Shown here piece by piece: positions 38,370-44,809 of a stretch of DNA of 44,809 nt (the stretch's first letter is position 1; every line of letters starts with the position of its first letter). A program made the translations under genes and the position numbers. The notes under the pieces were generated by a model. The model made no database searches and was not told where the DNA came from. It saw only the letters and a program-made list of their open reading frames with translations. The stretch is from a virus (taxonomy: Duplodnaviria > Caudoviricetes), in IMG/VR virus record IMGVR_UViG_3300005805_000147, positions 1 through 44,809 of that record. The stretch is one strand, 5' to 3'.

Positions 38370-39890
38370 TTATGACCTCCAACCACAATGACCGGATGAT
38401 GTTCCATTATTAACACCTGGAGATAATCCTGTAGGATTACTTACACCACTGTCGGTGGAATAATAAAATTTCCAAGAATTATTATTTTGGACACCGTTAT
38501 AATTTCCCAACATATACTGCCAGTCTTGGCCCAATGTAAAATTTTCTTCACCTGTGTTACCCTCTGGTTTTGAAACGTTTCCAATATTTGTTTCATTGAA
38601 AACGTTCCATCTTCTTAAGTTATAACCACCATTATAGTTACCCTCATTTCCAGCATATCCTTTACCCCACTTAGAACTGATTCCTTTTTGTTGTCCACTT
38701 GCACCCCATTGTTGACTATTTGTAAATGTATCTGTTGCAAAGAATAATTTATTTCCACTTTCAGACCCATAACCGTATCCATAGTTTTCATCAGAAAATC
38801 CCGAACACCCTAGTGAACTTGTTATAGATGTTTTCAATGTTAGATATGGTTCCATATTTGGATAATACACACTATACATTGTTTCATTTGTTAAATTAAA
38901 TTTCTCAACTGTTGCAACGCCACCACCAAAAACCCACGCAAACTCTGTTTCTTGAAACAATGTTCCCAAGTCGTCTCTAGCATTTGCTAAATCCCATTTT
39001 GATTGGTGCGCATATGCAGTTTCATTTACCATATGAACGCCGGTAGTATATGTTGAATGTATTTGTGTTGCTGATTTCCACGCGTTATCTGTGTTTGTTG
39101 ACCAAATAAATAAAATTGTTTTACTACAAGCGCCAGACGTGTATGAACAAGGATAATCCATTAGTTCGCCTAAATGATTTGTTTGATCGGTCGAATTTGT
39201 AGTTTTGTGAACGTTTTTCCACGGAGAACCATCTTTATATCCTCCGGCTAAATATGAATAATTAATTACTTGTCTATATTTGAATCCAATTCTGTCTGTA
39301 TTTTGTGAACCAACCGGTTCCCAACCACCATTTATGTTTGAAGCAGCAGTATACGTATAAACGGTTGCGTCATTTCTAATATTAGTAGAAATATCAAATA
39401 AAAAATTGGTTACTACAATATTATTACCTCCACCATTGTATCTTAGAAAAAACTGTATTGATCCTGTTGATGTTAGGTTAACTATTGCGCTATGAACCTG
39501 AGGTGTTGTGGTTGCAGTTAATGTTGTATTAAAAGAATTATCATTAACACCATCATTATCTAAAACTAGCGAGGATGTACCCGTCAAGGTAAAATAAACA
39601 AAACTTAAAGTATGATTTCCTGTTGCTGTTGTTGTTGCTGGAAAGTTACCAACCCATCCTGATGATGATGTTTTTAAAAGAACGCTATCAACACCCAAAA
39701 CAGTATAATGAGCACTATTACCTCCGTAATCAGCCCATGATCTAGCGATAGAGGTTCCGCTATATACTTCTTCCAAATATAATGAGCCAATGTCAGGGCT
39801 AGATGGTCTACCGCTCCTTGGTCCTCTTGGTATAATATATTGCCCACTTACATCTAATGATCCACTAACAATTACATTTTCTCTTAGCAT
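38370..39890 (-). CDS. Fibre-associated beta-propeller-like protein, paralog 1, with an inserted beta-rich domain
   Basis: Same architecture plus a ~130-aa insert; ends SSGHCGWRS. Confidence 0.7.
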   Translation of the reverse strand: MLRENVIVSGSLDVSGQYIIPRGPRSGRPSSPDIGSLYLEEVYSGTSIARSWADYGGNSAHYTVLGVDSVLLKTSSSGWVGNFPATTTATGNHTLSFVYFTLTGTSSLVLDNDGVNDNSFNTTLTATTTPQVHSAIVNLTSTGSIQFFLRYNGGGNNIVVTNFLFDISTNIRNDATVYTYTAASNINGGWEPVGSQNTDRIGFKYRQVINYSYLAGGYKDGSPWKNVHKTTNSTDQTNHLGELMDYPCSYTSGACSKTILFIWSTNTDNAWKSATQIHSTYTTGVHMVNETAYAHQSKWDLANARDDLGTLFQETEFAWVFGGGVATVEKFNLTNETMYSVYYPNMEPYLTLKTSITSSLGCSGFSDENYGYGYGSESGNKLFFATDTFTNSQQWGASGQQKGISSKWGKGYAGNEGNYNGGYNLRRWNVFNETNIGNVSKPEGNTGEENFTLGQDWQYMLGNYNGVQNNNSWKFYYSTDSGVSNPTGLSPGVNNGTSSGHCGWRS

Positions 39891-39907
39891 ATTATAATAT
39901 ACTTATT

Positions 39908-42900
39908 TTATCTCAAAACAACAACCCTTCCTGATCTACTTGCTGCAAAAGTTATTGTTACCACACTCGTACTTGTTGTTACAATTGATGATGGCCAAAA
40001 CATTTCATCATTACTATCATAACACATAACCATAACATCTTTAGATCCTAGGTTATGTGTTACAGTTACGGATGAAACACTACTGAATGATGTTGCGTAT
40101 GTTGAGTTTCCGAAGTCCTTTACAAGATTTCCGCTTCTAGCGTAGATTGAACCGCCGCTATTAATATAGGCAACTGTTGAACCTCCTGATTGGAAGTTAA
40201 TTATAGTAGATTGACCACCACCAGAAACGGTATTAGAGTTTATATCAATTCTACCTGCTCTTAATTCCATGAAATCTTCTTGATCGTTTTCAACTCTTAA
40301 GGTTAATTTTGCTCTTTCAGATGTACCTCCACTATTACTTTCAAAATAAATTTGTGCACCATCTGATGGATAATTGTTTCCCGATCTAAAATCAATACCA
40401 CAATAACCAGTTGAATCGCTCGCACTAGATCTTAGTATAATATTTGCATTTGCAACACCATAACTTGCTCTACCCGTACCGACAACATTACCAACAATTA
40501 ATCCTCCCGCCATCCACACATTTCCAGTATTTCCGTGGATAGACATGACAGAAGATCCATTACCAACAAATACATATTCATTTGGGTTTGTACTGTTTGT
40601 CCAAACATCTCCAGGTCCACCCGTACCATTAGTACCATACTGTGCACCACTATTTCCAGCCCAGAATAATCCCCAACCGTTTGCACTTCCAGGTGTACCT
40701 GCAACTATTGACATCCATCCTGAATAATCTTGACTAAATCTAAATGGTGCATAACTATCACCACTACCCGCCGCACCAACATATCCGCTTATATATCCAG
40801 CATTTAATGTTAAATTCCCACTAAGTGTTAAACTAGAAAAAGTTGGTGAGTTTGTTGTTGCGATACTTTGTGGTAAAGACAATGTTACACCACCGGTACT
40901 CGCGCTTACTTGAACCTGATTAGCGGTGCCTGTTAATGATGTTACACCACTATTTGTTACTGTTACCGAACCAGTTGTTGTGTCAACACTAATTCCTGTA
41001 CCAGCATTAACCGCAGTTACTTTAGCTGCGGTATATGTTGTACTGATTGATGAACCTTGCCATGTTCCAGTTGTTACCGTGCCCATGTAAACAGTACCAT
41101 CGGCATATACTCTAAATAAATTATCGTTACCCCAATGACCTAAACTAACATAGTTACTGTTAGATGCCGCACTAGACCAGTTGTAGCCTAAATATCCACT
41201 ATTTTTTGTACTACCAGAAGAACCAATAACAAGAATGTTTGTTTGTCCGGCGGTCATATTTGGTGAGAAGTTCTCTTGTGAGTGTATAAATGAAGATGCT
41301 GTAGATGTGTTAATTTTTAATGTTGCAGAACCCGCAGTTCCTGTTGACCCTATAACTAATTTGCCAGTTAATGTACCTCCAGCAAGTGGCAAATGTCCAA
41401 CTTGAGAATATGTGTACGCGGTGCCCCAATTGGTAACATCTGTTGATGTGAAATCACTTACATCCCAAATTTGATTACCTCTGTGATATGCCGCTGTTGC
41501 ATTTACTTGGAAGTATAATTCATTAATTGTACCATTTGTTCTATAAAATCTAAAATCACCACTGTGTTGTACCAGAGTGGTATAATCACCAGCGGTAATA
41601 TCACCAGCAGCATTATTAGGGATACCTCTGATAATTAAACCGTGATAATTGTCAGCATACGCAATTCTACCATAACCACTTTCATTAAATCTTAGTGGTC
41701 CGGTCATTGTATCACCCGCCTTTGCCACAAATGTAGATGATAATTGTGATGAACCAGAAACAATACCAGAAGGTATATTACTTAAACCAGTATAAGATAC
41801 TTGTGATGAACCCGAAACAATACCACTAGGTATTCCTGAAATACTTCCATATGTTATCTGTGAAGAGCCAGAAACAATACCACTTGGTATTCCTGAAATA
41901 CTTCCGTATGTTATCTGTGATGAGCCGGACACCAATGTAGGTTTGTCTGATATGCTATTAAAAGATATTTGACTTGAACCTGAAACCAATGTTGGTTTAT
42001 CTGTTATTCCATTAAAAGATATTTGAGATGAACCAGATACAACACCATCTGAATTTAATTTACTCTTTATAGTTGTATTGATTGAACTTGTAAATGAATT
42101 TAATGAACCTGTGCTCGTCTCGACATTTCCAATTCTTGTTACTGCATTATTAAATTCAGTTTCTCTAACCAATCTTTGTTCAGAACCCAATTGACCTGCA
42201 ACCCAATAATCATTTGTTGCATCCCATAATAGTGATCCTGAAACTAAATTTGGTGCAGTGGTATCATTAACACGAATACCCGCTGAAGTTGCACCCGTAC
42301 CATTTAATGTAATTAAATTGTTATCAACATTTAATGTTGTTGTATTAACGTTTGTTGTTGTTCCTTTAACTAATAAGTCACCTTTGACTGTTAAATTAGA
42401 ACCTGTTAATTCTATTGCAGTTTTTAAAGCAGATGTATATGAATTTAAACTACTTGTACTTGTCTCAATTGCACTAATATTTGGACTTGATATGTTGCCA
42501 GTTACAACAAGTGTACCTGTAATTTCTGTATTAGAATTTATAGATACTTTAGTACCGGTGTCAGTAATATTACTATCATTTAAATGTTCAATACCTGTTC
42601 CTTTTGGTATTCTATTTTGTGTTAAGTACGCCTCTCCGCCTAAATTGTTATAGGTTTCTGGACCCATCAATAAAACAGATGAAGTAATTGTTGATTGATT
42701 CTGATGCACAAACAACCATTGATTGTTTACCGAATCAAATAACATAGATCCAGATACTTCTGGAGAAGAGCCACTATCAATAACCGCTAAACCACCAAAT
42801 CTTACAGATGGATTAAGGGCATTGACTGTGATAATATTATCCGCAATGTTTACTATAGATGAACTAATATGTTGAATTGAAGAAGAACCAGCAACAATTA

Positions 42901-44776
42901 AATCTTGACTGATATATAATGACCCTGTTATTGTTTGTGAACCAATAAAGATATTAGATCCAGTTGTAGCATAACTTCCTGTTTTTCCTTCTAAGGAATT
43001 TAATCTATTATTTTGATTCAAATCAGTTGTTGCGATTGAAGAACTAAATGTTGTATAGTTAGTTGTGTTCGTTATATCAATCTGTACTGAACCAGATACA
43101 ACACCTTCATTATTTAACTTGTTTTTAATTGTTGTATCAATTGAAGATGTAAATGAATTCAAACTACTTGTTGCAGTGTGAATTGATGATATATTTGTAT
43201 TATTACTACTTGTATAAGAATTTAATGAACTTGTTGATGTCTCAATAGATGTCAATCTATTATTCTGAGTAGTATTTGTTGAATCATTGCTGGATGTGTA
43301 ACTATTCAATGAACCGGTTGTTGATTCAATAGAATTTAATCTACCATCAGTACTTGATGTAAACGTATTCAAACTAGTCGTCGATGTATATAAGGAACTT
43401 ATATTTCCATTTATACTAGATGTTGTTGACTCTAAACTATCTAATCTACTGTTCTGTGTTGTATTTGTAGAATTGTTACTAGAAGTATATGAATTGAAAT
43501 CAGTTCTAATACTTCCTGATTCATTTTCTATTGAATTTAATCTTAATAATGTAGATGAGCTAAAAGAATTAAGACTTGAGGTTGCTTGATTTAATGCCGT
43601 TAAAGGTGTTGCAAAATCTAAAAGACTAATTTGTAAATCTGTGTAGTCTTTTGAATCAGCTAGCGATTTACTAATTGATTGTGAAATAGATGTGCTAAAT
43701 GTGGTATAGTCCGATGTTCCACTAATTGATATTTGTAGTGAGCCTGAGACAACACCTTCGGTATTTAACTTATTTTTGATTGTGGTATCAATAGATGACG
43801 TAAAACTGTTCAATGAACCTGTAGAGGTTTCAACCGCTGAAACCCTTAAATCATTGGATGATGTATAAGAATTGAAAACAGTTTCATCTAATTTACCAGT
43901 ACCAATCGGTTGACCATTTAATGAAATTGATCCTGTTATGTCGACCGAACCTGTAACTGAAAGTGACCCACTTATATTTTCGGTGCCAACAAATGTGTTA
44001 GAACCCGTTGTAGCAATTCTTGATGGTTCAATGTAAACCACTTCCCTATCTGCTTCAATATTTAGAAAATCAGGGTATATTGAGATACTATTACCCATAC
44101 CCGTATGAGATGTACAGAAATAGTATAGGGTAGATGGTGTATCGCTAGTTATTTCTATTTGAATATAATCTGGCGTCGACCCTGTGGTTACCCCCGTTGT
44201 ATAAATTACACCCCCATTATGTGTCCCATCGTTTGTTGTGGAAAATCTAAAGGGATGTGACCCAAAGCTAGAGTAAAATAACTTATATGTAAATCCCTTA
44301 ATAAAACTCAATACGGGATTTCTATTATTGTCTATAAAATATTTTCCACCCGAATCTGTTACATTAATTATTACTGTTTTATCGACACCCAAGTCAATAT
44401 TTGATACTTTTAATGAACCTGTTAACTCTACGTTGGTGTTAACCCTGAGTCCGTCGGTCTGAGTGATAGATGCCGTTGCACTACCTTCAGAAATTTGACT
44501 TAAATTGAGTCCCGTAACCCCACTGGCGGGAATATCATAGAGACCTGAACCATTACCGATAAACGAACCGGTAAAAGATCCAGTTGTATATGAACCAGTA
44601 AATTGTTCGAAACTTGAAGTTAGGGTATAACTAGCCGCGTGAGATGTTGATACCGCATTTTGAGTTGTTCCTGAAACCGTTGCATATAGGGTCCCAAGTA
44701 CGGTCAAATCTCCCGAAACCTGTCCTGAACCCGAAACGGATAATGATCCTGATATGGATGGGTCAAATATATTCAT
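39908..44776 (-). CDS. Long Ser/Thr/Gly-rich fibre-like structural protein
   Basis: 1622 aa; SGSL and SLNSFTSS repeats; GDTMTG and LAGGTLTG fibre motifs; C-terminal VTHNLG domain. Confidence 0.8.
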   Translation of the reverse strand: MNIFDPSISGSLSVSGSGQVSGDLTVLGTLYATVSGTTQNAVSTSHAASYTLTSSFEQFTGSYTTGSFTGSFIGNGSGLYDIPASGVTGLNLSQISEGSATASITQTDGLRVNTNVELTGSLKVSNIDLGVDKTVIINVTDSGGKYFIDNNRNPVLSFIKGFTYKLFYSSFGSHPFRFSTTNDGTHNGGVIYTTGVTTGSTPDYIQIEITSDTPSTLYYFCTSHTGMGNSISIYPDFLNIEADREVVYIEPSRIATTGSNTFVGTENISGSLSVTGSVDITGSISLNGQPIGTGKLDETVFNSYTSSNDLRVSAVETSTGSLNSFTSSIDTTIKNKLNTEGVVSGSLQISISGTSDYTTFSTSISQSISKSLADSKDYTDLQISLLDFATPLTALNQATSSLNSFSSSTLLRLNSIENESGSIRTDFNSYTSSNNSTNTTQNSRLDSLESTTSSINGNISSLYTSTTSLNTFTSSTDGRLNSIESTTGSLNSYTSSNDSTNTTQNNRLTSIETSTSSLNSYTSSNNTNISSIHTATSSLNSFTSSIDTTIKNKLNNEGVVSGSVQIDITNTTNYTTFSSSIATTDLNQNNRLNSLEGKTGSYATTGSNIFIGSQTITGSLYISQDLIVAGSSSIQHISSSIVNIADNIITVNALNPSVRFGGLAVIDSGSSPEVSGSMLFDSVNNQWLFVHQNQSTITSSVLLMGPETYNNLGGEAYLTQNRIPKGTGIEHLNDSNITDTGTKVSINSNTEITGTLVVTGNISSPNISAIETSTSSLNSYTSALKTAIELTGSNLTVKGDLLVKGTTTNVNTTTLNVDNNLITLNGTGATSAGIRVNDTTAPNLVSGSLLWDATNDYWVAGQLGSEQRLVRETEFNNAVTRIGNVETSTGSLNSFTSSINTTIKSKLNSDGVVSGSSQISFNGITDKPTLVSGSSQISFNSISDKPTLVSGSSQITYGSISGIPSGIVSGSSQITYGSISGIPSGIVSGSSQVSYTGLSNIPSGIVSGSSQLSSTFVAKAGDTMTGPLRFNESGYGRIAYADNYHGLIIRGIPNNAAGDITAGDYTTLVQHSGDFRFYRTNGTINELYFQVNATAAYHRGNQIWDVSDFTSTDVTNWGTAYTYSQVGHLPLAGGTLTGKLVIGSTGTAGSATLKINTSTASSFIHSQENFSPNMTAGQTNILVIGSSGSTKNSGYLGYNWSSAASNSNYVSLGHWGNDNLFRVYADGTVYMGTVTTGTWQGSSISTTYTAAKVTAVNAGTGISVDTTTGSVTVTNSGVTSLTGTANQVQVSASTGGVTLSLPQSIATTNSPTFSSLTLSGNLTLNAGYISGYVGAAGSGDSYAPFRFSQDYSGWMSIVAGTPGSANGWGLFWAGNSGAQYGTNGTGGPGDVWTNSTNPNEYVFVGNGSSVMSIHGNTGNVWMAGGLIVGNVVGTGRASYGVANANIILRSSASDSTGYCGIDFRSGNNYPSDGAQIYFESNSGGTSERAKLTLRVENDQEDFMELRAGRIDINSNTVSGGGQSTIINFQSGGSTVAYINSGGSIYARSGNLVKDFGNSTYATSFSSVSSVTVTHNLGSKDVMVMCYDSNDEMFWPSSIVTTSTSVVTITFAASRSGRVVVLR
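41745..42046 (-). repeat. Intragenic tandem repeat, 54/57-nt units encoding six VSGSSQ motifs
   Basis: Two 18-aa units (VSGSSQISFN.I.DKPTL) then three 19-aa units (VSGSSQ..Y..(I/L)S.IPSGI). Confidence 0.85.
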
Positions 44777-44809
44777 CTAAAAATAATATTATTTATAGAT
44801 AAATACTTT

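Noticed and set aside
36126-39890. Diversity-generating retroelement acting on the similar C-termini
   Set aside because: No reverse transcriptase or non-coding template repeat is visible. The differences are mostly synonymous and not adenine-specific.
41745-42046. CRISPR-like array
   Set aside because: Units are in-frame coding repeats without unique spacers, and no cas genes are present.
585-42653. Short antisense or nested ORFs in the track (e.g. 585..809, 1726..2160, 36484..36885, 42258..42653)
   Set aside because: They lie within or across better-supported genes and read like shadow frames.
1-44809. Stop-codon reassignment as in some large Bacteroidota phages
   Set aside because: Recognisable genes are full length and tightly packed under code 11. 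TAG (27717-27719) and TGA are used at plausible gene ends.

Overview
AT-rich, gene-dense window, mostly on the minus strand, that reads as part of a large tailed-phage genome. The host is probably Bacteroidota: there are TAnnTTTG/TTTG host-type promoters, no obvious Shine-Dalgarno sites, signal peptides that expose Gln, and a DUF2452-like gene. Positions 1-22 kb hold accessory genes: SPFH, DIP1984-like, metallophosphoesterase, pyrimidine-dimer glycosylase-like, M23/lysozyme-like hydrolase, HAD, SAM decarboxylase, IscA, three orphan DNA methyltransferases, two PcfJ-like genes, NlpC/P60, thyA and DUF192. Positions 22.5-29.4 kb are a plus-strand glycosylation cluster. Positions 29.4-44.8 kb contain a long Ser/Thr-rich fibre gene and three paralogous propeller-like fibre-associated genes ending in SSGHCGWR. 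These are followed by tightly coupled radical SAM/SPASM, U32-like and methyltransferase genes, then beta-barrel and permease genes. The two best candidates for undescribed systems are (1) this fibre-linked Fe-S enzyme module and (2) a ~190-nt structured non-coding element with seven 7-nt repeats directly behind the DIP1984-like gene. All family calls come from motif recognition by eye, not from database searches.
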